Below are positions 1-8,640 of a stretch of 64,000 bases of DNA, one piece after another. The notes under the pieces were generated by a model. It ran no database searches, was not told the DNA's origin, and saw only the letters and a program-made list of their open reading frames with translations. A program made the position numbers and the translations under genes. This DNA is from an uncultured Acidobacteriota bacterium (GTDB lineage: Bacteria > Acidobacteriota > Polarisedimenticolia > J045), in contig CAYQTA010000011.1 in assembly GCA_964420365.1 (NCBI GenBank), positions 13,031 through 77,030 on the forward strand, given 5' to 3'. Every line of letters starts with the position of its first letter. Position 1 is the stretch's first letter.

Positions 1-908
1 TGCCCGGGAGCCTCCCGGTCCCGGCGGAGACCGCCGGGCCCGTCCTCGCCCGGGCCCTGGCGCCCCTGGCGCCGGAGGCCCGGGAACGGATCACCCGGGA
101 GGCCCTCGCCTTCGCCGGCCGCTACGCGGTCGCCTCGGGCCGGCCGCTCGGCGACCCCGCGACCCACGCGGACGGGCTCGCCACTGCCCTCGCCCACCTG
201 GAGCTGGGTCTCGAGGAGCTCTCCGGGGGAGATCCGGGGCTCGCGGCGCGGGCCCTCGCGGGGCTCCCCGTCCGGGAGCTCGTGCTCGCCGGCGCCGGGG
301 CGGTCCAGGAACGCGCCCTCCGGGCGCGTCGACTCCTGGCGGGCTGGCTCGCCCGGGTCCACCTGGGACGCGAACGCCTCGACGAGCCCCTCGAGGAGGT
401 GATCGTCGGCCTCGCGGGACCACGGCCCCTCTTCACCTCCCACGGAGAGGAACGCCCCTTCCGCTCCCTCGCCGACCTCCGCCTCGTCGACGGCGTCCTC
501 GACACCGTCGAGGCCCTGGGGCGGTTCCTCGAGGACGTGCTCGGCGCCGAGGACGGGAAGGAGCTCCCGGAGCTCGATCCGCTTCCCGCGGGCCGCCGCA
601 ACGCCCGCGAGGTGGAGTGGTCCGCGGTAGCCCTGACGACGATCGCGCGGGCCGCCCTGGGAGCCACCGATCCCCGGCCACGCCCCCTGGCCCGGGGGGA
701 GGCGCAGGAGGCCCTGGACCGGTTGCTGACCCCGGAACCTCCCCGGGAAACGACGGGCCGGTTCGTCCAGTACGCGAACCTGCTGGCCCTGGGTCCCGCC
801 GAGCCGTTCCTCGCCGGGCGCCTCGTCGACGACGCCGGCGAACTCCCCCGGGAGGCGAGGCCCGATCCCCGTTTCGTCCGCGCCCTCCTCCTCGTTCCCG
901 ATCGCTGA
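1..908 (+). CDS. DUF6178-like hypothetical protein, 5' partial
   Basis: The frame of ORF 282..908 stays open back to the window start (…LAHLELGLEELSGGDPGLAARALAGLPVRELV…LDEPLEEVIVGLAGPRPLF…RPFRSLADL). These motifs resemble the DUF6178 C-terminal region as I recall it. Confidence 0.6.
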   Translation, partial: PGSLPVPAETAGPVLARALAPLAPEARERITREALAFAGRYAVASGRPLGDPATHADGLATALAHLELGLEELSGGDPGLAARALAGLPVRELVLAGAGAVQERALRARRLLAGWLARVHLGRERLDEPLEEVIVGLAGPRPLFTSHGEERPFRSLADLRLVDGVLDTVEALGRFLEDVLGAEDGKELPELDPLPAGRRNAREVEWSAVALTTIARAALGATDPRPRPLARGEAQEALDRLLTPEPPRETTGRFVQYANLLALGPAEPFLAGRLVDDAGELPREARPDPRFVRALLLVPDR

Positions 909-939
909 ACCGGGCACGAGCCGCCCGCCGCGGGTCCCC

Positions 940-2439
940 TCAGGGCCGGGTCACCTCGTAGTAGCGGATCGCACCGGACGGGGCACCGTCCGTCCAGGTC
1001 GTTTCCTCGCCCCCGGCGGGGACCGTGTCCAGCACCGGCAGGTCGGTCGGATCCTCGCCGCCGTGTACCCCGTAGGACGCGTCCGGCTCGCTTCCCCAGC
1101 GGAGCAGGACGTCGTCTCCCGCCTTCTCCAGCCTGATCGTGATCCGCCCGTGGTCCAGCCAGCGATTGGTGACCGCGTTGACGAACGACCGGTATCCCTG
1201 GCTGTCCGGGTTGCGCTGGAGACCGACGAAGACGTCGGTCGCGTGGTAGTGCTGCTGGCTCGACGGGTGGGAGTCTCCCCCTTCCTTGCGGGACTCGCCG
1301 ATCTCCCGCTCCGGGTTCTCGGGCCGGTTGTCCCAGGCGTCCGCCGGCGTCAGCGGCCGGTCGTCCCCGAGGCCCGGCTCGACGTACCGGTGTGGAGCCT
1401 CCCAGTCCATGAAGTCGTCCGGGAAGTCCCACCCGTCGGGGAACCAGCCGTACGCCGCATCGAGCACGGGATCGTCCCCGGTGTAGGCCAGCGTGTCGTA
1501 GTAGTCGAAGCAGACGACGTTGATCCGCCCGTCACGGTCCCGGTAGTCCTGGAACTCGTCCCTTCCGGTGGGATCGTACTCGTGGAGCCAGTCCTCGCGG
1601 AACCAGCGGGCCAGCTCCCGGCTCGCCGCCCGCTGCTCCGCCGTCAACGACACCTGCGGCGGTGCCTGGACGGCGATGAACAGCACCTCGGGCCGCTCGT
1701 GGAAGATCGCCAGCATCCCCCGGTAGGCCACCTTGACCTGGGCAAGCGACGACGTCGCCCCGCCGGTCCCCGAGGGCCATGCCCCTCCACTGTGAGGCAC
1801 GCCGTCGGTGGCGGGCCAGTACTCGTCGGTGTAGTCCTCCCCGACGCCCCTCACCGAGTCGAGGTAGTCCCAGTTGGTGAACCGGTGGCCGCTGTCGGAC
1901 CACGGCGTTCCCCCGGTGACGTGGCCGTCGGCATCGTAGCTCGTGTCGAACGACCACACCTGGGAACCGGGGTAGCACGGCTTGAACATGATGATCTCGA
2001 TCCGTTGGGGGGGAGAGATCGTGTCTCCCTGCTGCCGGCGGTAGTCGTAGCAGGTCAGCATGAAGCCGTCCGCCGGGATGCGGTTCTCCGCCGTCTCCGG
2101 CGCGTGGAAGACGTAGTTCTCGCCATCGTCTCCCTCGATCCCCATCTCGGTGCGGAAGCGCTTGTACCAGTGAACGTAGTAGGTGTAGTCGTTCTGCCCA
2201 CCGTACCCGTAGTCGCTGACCATGTAGCTGCGGTGCATCGTGCCGTCCTCGTCCCACTCGACCTGGCGCAACGCCTCCCGGAGGCCGTTGTCGAGCCAGG
2301 CGGCCCCCGTCGAGTGGTGCCAGAAGTGCAGCTGGCTTGTCCGGCGCGGCGGTTCGAAGTTCCAGTCCTCGGCGGCAAGAACGACGGTACAACACGTCAG
2401 GGCGAGCGCGGCGACGAGCCACCACCCGGCTCTCGGCAT
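940..2439 (-). CDS. Secreted SGNH-like hydrolase with a C-terminal FN3-like module
   Basis: Start moved to ATG 2439 (GGAGG upstream). Signal peptide MPRAGWWLVAALALTCCTVVLAA; motifs HHSTG, IIMFKPCYPGS, FIAVQAPP, GDSHP; C-terminal W…Y.V..G…TT.TD…YYEV module. Confidence 0.65.
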   Translation of the reverse strand: MPRAGWWLVAALALTCCTVVLAAEDWNFEPPRRTSQLHFWHHSTGAAWLDNGLREALRQVEWDEDGTMHRSYMVSDYGYGGQNDYTYYVHWYKRFRTEMGIEGDDGENYVFHAPETAENRIPADGFMLTCYDYRRQQGDTISPPQRIEIIMFKPCYPGSQVWSFDTSYDADGHVTGGTPWSDSGHRFTNWDYLDSVRGVGEDYTDEYWPATDGVPHSGGAWPSGTGGATSSLAQVKVAYRGMLAIFHERPEVLFIAVQAPPQVSLTAEQRAASRELARWFREDWLHEYDPTGRDEFQDYRDRDGRINVVCFDYYDTLAYTGDDPVLDAAYGWFPDGWDFPDDFMDWEAPHRYVEPGLGDDRPLTPADAWDNRPENPEREIGESRKEGGDSHPSSQQHYHATDVFVGLQRNPDSQGYRSFVNAVTNRWLDHGRITIRLEKAGDDVLLRWGSEPDASYGVHGGEDPTDLPVLDTVPAGGEETTWTDGAPSGAIRYYEVTRP

Positions 2440-2613
2440 GGCATCCTCCGGCAGGGATCGCGGCGACCGACGGGCCACCACCACGGGATCCCGGGCGGCA
2501 GTGTAAGCGCCCGGCCCGGCCCACGGCGGCCCCCTCGTGTCACGTTTTCGTGTCGACGCGACGAGCGACCCCGCCGGGTCGCCATGCAAGCTGTTGTATT
2601 TTCTGTGGTTGAA

Positions 2614-2688
2614 TGGAGGCGCCGGTCGGATTCGAACCGACGAATGAGGGTTTTGCAGACCCTTGCCTTACCACTTGGCTACGGCGCC
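2614..2688 (-). tRNA. tRNA-Cys (GCA)
   Basis: The reverse strand reads GGCGCCGTAGCCAAGTGGTAAGGCAAGGGTCTGCAAAACCCTCATTCGTCGGTTCGAATCCGACCGGCGCCTCCA: paired acceptor stem, GCA anticodon, TTCGAAT T-loop and encoded CCA. Confidence 0.97.
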
Positions 2689-2789
2689 TTCCCTTGGCCG
2701 GGAGACCCCGGCGGAGGCAAGGATACGGTCCTCGCGAGGGGGAGGCAAGGGTGGCGAACCGCCGCCGGCGGGCGGCCATCGTCCATCGG

Positions 2790-4295
2790 TCACGGAGTCC
2801 CGCGGGAAGGGTGGAGCATCGGCGGACCGGGAGGCAGCAGGACGTCGGGCAGGAAGTCCTCGAGGTGCGGGAAGTCGTGGAGACGACGGTCGTAGGCCGC
2901 CTCGAGGAACGCGTCCACCCACCAGAAGATGTCGTAGCGGCGAATGTTGTCCCGCAGGCGACGCATCCGCGCCCGACGCTCCGCCCGGTCCATCGTGATG
3001 CCCCGGTAGAGGGTCTCCGCCACCCCCTCGATGTCGTGGGGGTTGACCAGGAGCGCCCCCCGGTGGAGCTGGGCGGCCGCGCCGGCGAACTCGGAGAGGA
3101 CGAGCAGCCCCTCCCCGTCGACCTGGCACGCGCAGTACTCCTTGGCGACCAGGTTCATCCCGTCCTTGAGCGGCGTCACGAACGCGATGTCCGCCGCCCG
3201 GTACCAGGCGACGAGTTCCTCCCGTGGCAGGCTCCGGTAGTGGTAGTGGATGGGAACCCAGCCCCAGGCCGTGAACCGGCCGTTGATCTCGCCGACCAGT
3301 CGCTCGATCTCCGCCTTGAGCTGCTGGTATTCCTCCACGCCCTCCCGGCTCGGGACGACGACCTGGACCAGGCTGATCCGCCCGCGAAGATCCGGGTGAC
3401 GCTCGAGCAGCGTGCGGAACGCCTCCAGCCGCTCGGGGATTCCCTTCGTGTAGTCCAGGCGGTCGACGCCGAGGACGATCTTCCGCTCGCCGAACGTCTC
3501 CCGGAGGGCCCGGACCCGCCGCTCGACCCCCGGGGTCCGCGCGAGGCGCGCGAACTCCCGGAAGTCGATGCTGATCGGGAACGCACCGACGCGGATCGTC
3601 CGCCCCCCGCCCACCAGCTCGATCACCGGGCCCCTGCCCTGGGGCCGCAGGTCCCGGACGAGGTGCTGGAGGCACTGGAGGAAGTTGCGCCGGTCGCGGG
3701 GGGTCTGGAAGCCGATCAGGTCGTATTCCAGGAGCGCACGCAGGATCTCGGCCCGCCACGGCAACCGGAGAAACACGTCGACCGGGGGGAACGGCACGTG
3801 GAGGAAGAAGCCGATCCTCCGGTCCACGCCGAGGGAGCGCAGGGCCTGTCCCACGTGGACCAGGTGGTAGTCGTGGACCCAGACGTACTCCCGGCGGCTC
3901 CAGCGGACGATCTCGCGGGCGAACCGCCGATTGACGTCGAGGTACCGGTACCAGTAGCGGGGCAGGAAGCGGCAGCGGGTCTGGAAGTCGTGGAACAGGG
4001 GCCAGAGGACCTCGTTGGAGAAGCCGTGGTAGAAATCGCGGACGTCCGCCTCGTCGAGGGGCACCGGGCGGAGGCGGTATCCCGCCGCCCGGGCCGCCCC
4101 CGCGAACAGCGGTTCCAGCTCGTCGTGGGGGATCCCGGCCGTCCCGCTCCAGCCGATCCACGTGCCCCCCCGGTCGCGCAGCACGGGCGCCAGGGCGGTG
4201 ACCAGCCCCCCGGAGCCGGGCCGGATCTCCCGGCGGCCATCCCCGTGCTCGTGGAGACGAACGGGAAGGCGGTTCGAGACGACGACGAGTCCCAT
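2790..4295 (-). CDS. otsA: Trehalose-6-phosphate synthase (GT20)
   Basis: Motifs [42 protein letters not shown] and [10 protein letters not shown]. Start set at MGLVVVSNR. Confidence 0.93.
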   Translation of the reverse strand: MGLVVVSNRLPVRLHEHGDGRREIRPGSGGLVTALAPVLRDRGGTWIGWSGTAGIPHDELEPLFAGAARAAGYRLRPVPLDEADVRDFYHGFSNEVLWPLFHDFQTRCRFLPRYWYRYLDVNRRFAREIVRWSRREYVWVHDYHLVHVGQALRSLGVDRRIGFFLHVPFPPVDVFLRLPWRAEILRALLEYDLIGFQTPRDRRNFLQCLQHLVRDLRPQGRGPVIELVGGGRTIRVGAFPISIDFREFARLARTPGVERRVRALRETFGERKIVLGVDRLDYTKGIPERLEAFRTLLERHPDLRGRISLVQVVVPSREGVEEYQQLKAEIERLVGEINGRFTAWGWVPIHYHYRSLPREELVAWYRAADIAFVTPLKDGMNLVAKEYCACQVDGEGLLVLSEFAGAAAQLHRGALLVNPHDIEGVAETLYRGITMDRAERRARMRRLRDNIRRYDIFWWVDAFLEAAYDRRLHDFPHLEDFLPDVLLPPGPPMLHPSRGTP

Positions 4296-4339
4296 CGCTC
4301 TCCCCTCGGCCCCCTTTGTGGCACCGCCCCCCTCCCCCG

Positions 4340-5077
4340 TCAAGCGAGGCCCTCGCGCCACGCGTCGAGGAATGCCAGCAGGTCCCCGGGGGGCACGAGG
4401 TGCCAGCGGGCCGCCGACCGTCGCGGCCGCGGTGCGACCAGCACGGCGAGCCCTCCGGGCGGCACCGCCCGGAAAGCGTCCTCGTCCGTCCGGTCGTCCC
4501 CGAGGTAGGCGACCAGGTCCGCTTCCCGGGCGAGGCGGCGGACCGCCCGGTCCTTCCGGGCGGCCGTGGCCCGCAGCTCGAGCCCGCCGGCGAAGGGCAG
4601 CAGGTCGAGACCATCCCCCGCCAGCGGCCCGAGCACGGACCGGGCCTCCTGCTCGCGGGACACCGGGTCGCCCCGCCAGTGAACGGCGACCCCGGCCGGC
4701 TTCACCTCCACGCGCGCGGCAGGAAACCGTGCCCGCGCGCGGCGGGCAGCCTCGGCGAGACGCCGGGCAACTCCCGGTGGCAGCGGCTCGTCACCGAGAC
4801 CGTGGTTGCCGACGATCTCCGGGAGGGGGGTGATCCCGAGGAGGGGCGGGAGGTCGGACGGATTCCGGCCGGTGACGATCGTGACCCTCCCCCCCGCCGC
4901 CAGGATCGCCGCCAGCCGCTCCCGCACCCCTGGCCAGGGAACGGCCCGGTCCCGCTCGACCCGGAACGGGGCGAGCGTGCCGTCGTAGTCGAGGAGCAGG
5001 AGCGGACGGCGGGCCCCGGCGACCAGCTCCCGGACGCGGCCGGGCTCGAGGGGCCGGGGCAGGTGCTCCCCGGTCAC
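4340..5077 (-). CDS. otsB: Trehalose-6-phosphate phosphatase (HAD family)
   Basis: Motifs LLLDYDGTLAPF, IVTGR, VEVKPAGVAVHWR and YLGDDRTDEDAF; adjacent to otsA. Confidence 0.9.
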   Translation of the reverse strand: MTGEHLPRPLEPGRVRELVAGARRPLLLLDYDGTLAPFRVERDRAVPWPGVRERLAAILAAGGRVTIVTGRNPSDLPPLLGITPLPEIVGNHGLGDEPLPPGVARRLAEAARRARARFPAARVEVKPAGVAVHWRGDPVSREQEARSVLGPLAGDGLDLLPFAGGLELRATAARKDRAVRRLAREADLVAYLGDDRTDEDAFRAVPPGGLAVLVAPRPRRSAARWHLVPPGDLLAFLDAWREGLA

Positions 5078-6321
5078 GCCGCGGGCCCCACCTCGAGCCG
5101 GTCCCCGGTGCCCCGCATCAGGGAAAGCATCAGGGCCAGGTGGTCCCGCACGTGGCGGGTGATCAGGAAGTTCTCCCGGACGATCCGCCGCGCCCGCTCC
5201 CCCATCTCGCGGCGCTTGTCATCCCGGTAGAGCAGGTAGCGGATCCGCAGGGCCGCTCCCTCGGGCGTCGTCACCCGGAACCCGGTGAAGTGGTCGATCA
5301 CCTGGAGCCGGATCCCGCCGGTGTCACCGCCGATGACGGGCTTCCCCTTCCACATCGCCTCGGTCACGGTCAGGCCGAAGCCTTCCCGGAGCGACTTCTG
5401 CAGGACGACGTGGGCGGCCCGCTGCAGCGCGTTGATCGTCCGGTGGGCGTTCGAGGGAAGCACCAGCACGTGCACGTCGTCGTCCCACTCCGCCGCCTTG
5501 CGCACCTCCTCGAGGACCGCCTCCCCCTCCGGGTCGTCCGCGGCGGACCCGCCCGCCAGCACGAGCTGGTGGGGCACGAACTTCCGCGCGATGCGGGACG
5601 CCTCGATGACCCCGAGCGGATCCTTGAAACGGTCGAAGCGGCTGACCTGGAGGATCATCGGCTTGCCCGGGTCGAGCCCGAACCGCTCGAACACCTGGGC
5701 GACCTCCTCCTCCGGCAGGTCCATGTTCTTCTCCGAGAGCGGGTCGATGCTCGGCGGGATCAGCACCTGCTCGTGGGGCAGCGGCTGGGCGAACTCCGGC
5801 AGGTGGAAGATGCTCGCGTCGTAGCGCGACACGATCGGCCGGAGGAACTTCCAGACCGGGCGGTACGGGTGACTGACGTCGATGTGACAGCGCCAGATCC
5901 ACTTCCCGCGCCGCCCGGGAAGGTGCTCGATCAGTGCCGCCGGCTGCGGGTCGTGGATGAAGACGATCTCGGCGTCCTCGAGCAGCTCCCCCAGCAACCC
6001 GGCATTCCGCTCGTTGACCTGCCGGTACTCCTCGAGAAGGGAGTCCGGAACGTGAACGTGCGCTCCCTGGAGCGCGTTGTGAAAGTTCTTCGTGCAGCGG
6101 AAGAACTCGTCGGTTCCCTCGATCACCTCCCACCGGGCGTCGATCCCGAGCGCCTGCATCAGGGGGATCAGCTTGTGCAGGATCTCGGCGACCCCGCCCC
6201 CCTCGCGCGTCGAGTTCACGTGGACGACGCGAACGCCCTCGAGGGGGTGGGCGAGCTGTCGCAGGTGCTCGACCGCGTCCCGGCCGGCAACCTCGGCATA
6301 CCGCTCCAGCAGGTCGCTCAT
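5074..6321 (-). CDS. treT: TreT-type trehalose glycosyltransferring synthase (GT4)
   Basis: Motifs VNSTREGGGVAEIL, HDPQP, WRCHID, QVSRFDRFKDPLG and QKSLREGFGLTVTEAMWK. ATG 6321 overlaps the upstream stop (ATGA). Confidence 0.85.
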   Translation of the reverse strand: MSDLLERYAEVAGRDAVEHLRQLAHPLEGVRVVHVNSTREGGGVAEILHKLIPLMQALGIDARWEVIEGTDEFFRCTKNFHNALQGAHVHVPDSLLEEYRQVNERNAGLLGELLEDAEIVFIHDPQPAALIEHLPGRRGKWIWRCHIDVSHPYRPVWKFLRPIVSRYDASIFHLPEFAQPLPHEQVLIPPSIDPLSEKNMDLPEEEVAQVFERFGLDPGKPMILQVSRFDRFKDPLGVIEASRIARKFVPHQLVLAGGSAADDPEGEAVLEEVRKAAEWDDDVHVLVLPSNAHRTINALQRAAHVVLQKSLREGFGLTVTEAMWKGKPVIGGDTGGIRLQVIDHFTGFRVTTPEGAALRIRYLLYRDDKRREMGERARRIVRENFLITRHVRDHLALMLSLMRGTGDRLEVGPAA

Positions 6322-6974
6322 GCCCTCACCTCCTCGAGCTCCTCGCGGAACATCTGCGCCAGTTGGCGCCGGATCTCCTGCAGGGACGAGAAGTACGGGT
6401 CGATCGCCCCGATCCGCTCCCGCAGCCCGCGGTACCGCTCTCCGAGGGGCTCGAGCCAGGTGCAGAAGTCGTCGCTGCACTGCTCGGTCCGCCGCCGGGC
6501 GTCGATGAAGTGGTAGTAGATCGCCCCCTCGGACAGGGACGGCAGGATCCGTCCGAGCTCCTCCGGGGTCTCCACCCGTACGCCCGCGTCGAACACGACG
6601 ATCCGGGAACGGAGGAAGTGGAACCGCTGGTCGGCGCGCGACCAGGGCACGTACTCGCTCTGGTCCAGGCGATCCTCGACGATGTCGAGCAGCTCCTCGC
6701 GCAGTTCCTCGAGGTCCTGGAAGTCGACGGGGTTGACGACGGCCAGCCGCTCCGCCAGCGCCTTGTCGTGCAGCCCGTGCCAGGCCCAGGCAGCGAAGTC
6801 GTTGTTGTACTCCGGCTCGTCGAACCAGGGCTGCAGCAGGCGGCCCCAGAAATGGTGGTAGATCGAGTCGACCGGGACCCGCTGGAGCCCGTCGCGGAAC
6901 TCCCGCAGGTTCTGGGCCCAGGTCCCGGTCGCGATCGTCACCAGCGCGCAGTCCCGGACGGTGAAGGGAGCCAT
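6318..6974 (-). CDS. DUF5752-family (TreT-associated) protein
   Basis: Two internal repeats (SIYHHF…NNDFAAW; AIYYHF…SDDFCTW) typical of the protein encoded beside treT. GGAGG upstream of ATG 6974. Confidence 0.75.
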   Translation of the reverse strand: MAPFTVRDCALVTIATGTWAQNLREFRDGLQRVPVDSIYHHFWGRLLQPWFDEPEYNNDFAAWAWHGLHDKALAERLAVVNPVDFQDLEELREELLDIVEDRLDQSEYVPWSRADQRFHFLRSRIVVFDAGVRVETPEELGRILPSLSEGAIYYHFIDARRRTEQCSDDFCTWLEPLGERYRGLRERIGAIDPYFSSLQEIRRQLAQMFREELEEVRA

Positions 6975-7083
6975 CTCGCACCTCCGCCTCACCGTTCAAT
7001 CTATCCCGCCACGGTTCGCGGCGGCAAGGTGGAACGCGTGCCTCGGGAAACGTCGCCGGCGCCGGAGCGGGGCGGCGCGGGAA

Positions 7084-8640
7084 TCAGCCCGGGACGCGCC
7101 AGACGGTGTCCAGGACGGTGCCGTCGACCCACTTGATGACGGCGACCGGCTCGTCGGTCAGCTCGGGCCGGGCGGGCTTGCCGCCGACGATCCGCTCCAC
7201 CTCCGCCTGGATCTCCTCGATCGGCCGGACCGGGAGGTCGGTTCCCCTCACCGCATCGAGCAGGTCCTGCCGGAGCGGGTTGATCGCGATCCCCCGCTCC
7301 GTGACGACCACGTCGACCAGCTCGGAGGGACCGGTGATCGTCGTCACCTCGTCGACGATCACCGGGATCCGGTCCCGGAACGAGGGAACGGCGAGGATCG
7401 TGCACCGGGAGAAGAGGCAGTTCTGCCAGCCGCCGATCCCGTGAAGGAGCCGGCCGTCCGAGTGGGTGACCACGTTGGCCCGGAACCGGACGTCCACCTC
7501 GGTCGCCCCGAGCACCACCGCGTCGACCATCGACGCGAAGTTTCCCTTGCCGTGGTAGTTGTACGAGGTGAACGGCGTGGTCGGGACGTGCCGCGGGTCG
7601 CTGGCGATCGAGCGGACGGCGTCCAGGTCGAAGGTCTGCCCGTCGAGGATGTAGTCGGTCAGCCCCTCCTGGAGCATCTCCACCAGGACCTTGGTCGATC
7701 CCCCCCGGACGAACCGCGCCTTGACGCCCGCCTCCCGCATCATCTCGCGCAGGAACGCGACGAAGGCGAGAGAGATGCCGCCGGCCCCGGCCTGGAACGA
7801 GAAGCCGTCCCTCATGATGCCCGCCTCGCGGATGAAGCGGGCCACCAGCTCCGCGATCCGCAACCGGTCGGGACTGCGCGTGATGCGGGTCGTGCCGGAA
7901 ACGATCTTCTCCGGGTCCCCGATCGAGTCGACCTCGACAACGTAGTCGACGTCGTTCCCGTGGATCTGCCAGGGGATGCACGGAAACGGCACCAGGTTGT
8001 CGGTGACCACGATCACGTGGTCGGCATAGATCGAGTCGGCGACGGCGAACCCGAGGGAACCGCAGGCCGAGGGCCCGTGGGCCCCGTTGGCGTTCCCGAA
8101 CGGGTCGGCGCAGGGCGCGGCGATCACCGCGATGTCGACGTGGACCTCGCCGTCCTGGATCGCCTGCCAGCGCCCGCCGTGGGAGCGGAGGACCCCGAGT
8201 CCCCGCATCTTCCCCCGCGAGCAGTAGTCTCCCAGGGGCCCGTTCATCGAGCCCTCGATGTGGTGGACGACTCCCTGCTCCATCAGGTCGATCACCGGCG
8301 CGTGGCAGGGGAAGGAGGCGCTGGGAAACCACATCAGGTCCTTCGCGCCGAGCCGGGCGGCCGCCTCGAGGGCGGCGAGGGCGACGCGGTCCCCGTTGCG
8401 CAGGTGGTGGTGGGTCGAGATCGTCATCCCGTCCCGGAGACCGCAGGCCTCGAGGGCCGCCTCGAGGGACGGCACCCGCTTGTCCCCGTCCGCCGGGTAG
8501 TCGGCGCAGGTCCGGATCGGGGGCGCGGCCTTCCTGCCTTCCGGCCGGTACTTCCCCACCCCCCGGTACGGCACCTGGGCCCTGCCGTTCACCTCCGTGG
8601 GAACCAGCCGGCCCGCCGCGTTCTTCACCATCCCGCTCAT
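7084..8640 (-). CDS. citF: Citrate lyase alpha subunit-like CoA/ACP transferase
   Basis: Motifs GLRDGMTISTHHHLRNGD, GVLRSHGGR, ACGSLGFA, FSFQAGAGG and LGATEVDVRFRANV. ATG 8640 overlaps the upstream stop. Confidence 0.88.
   Translation of the reverse strand: MSGMVKNAAGRLVPTEVNGRAQVPYRGVGKYRPEGRKAAPPIRTCADYPADGDKRVPSLEAALEACGLRDGMTISTHHHLRNGDRVALAALEAAARLGAKDLMWFPSASFPCHAPVIDLMEQGVVHHIEGSMNGPLGDYCSRGKMRGLGVLRSHGGRWQAIQDGEVHVDIAVIAAPCADPFGNANGAHGPSACGSLGFAVADSIYADHVIVVTDNLVPFPCIPWQIHGNDVDYVVEVDSIGDPEKIVSGTTRITRSPDRLRIAELVARFIREAGIMRDGFSFQAGAGGISLAFVAFLREMMREAGVKARFVRGGSTKVLVEMLQEGLTDYILDGQTFDLDAVRSIASDPRHVPTTPFTSYNYHGKGNFASMVDAVVLGATEVDVRFRANVVTHSDGRLLHGIGGWQNCLFSRCTILAVPSFRDRIPVIVDEVTTITGPSELVDVVVTERGIAINPLRQDLLDAVRGTDLPVRPIEEIQAEVERIVGGKPARPELTDEPVAVIKWVDGTVLDTVWRVPG

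Noticed and set aside
2440-2790. tRNA-Cys as a genomic-island integration site
   Set aside because: I found no integrase and no duplicated tRNA 3' end in the window, and the flanking genes have host-like composition.
2613-4508. ORF 2613..4508 (+) beginning MEAPVGFEPTNEGFADP
   Set aside because: This is the antisense translation of the tRNA and otsA, a common artefact.
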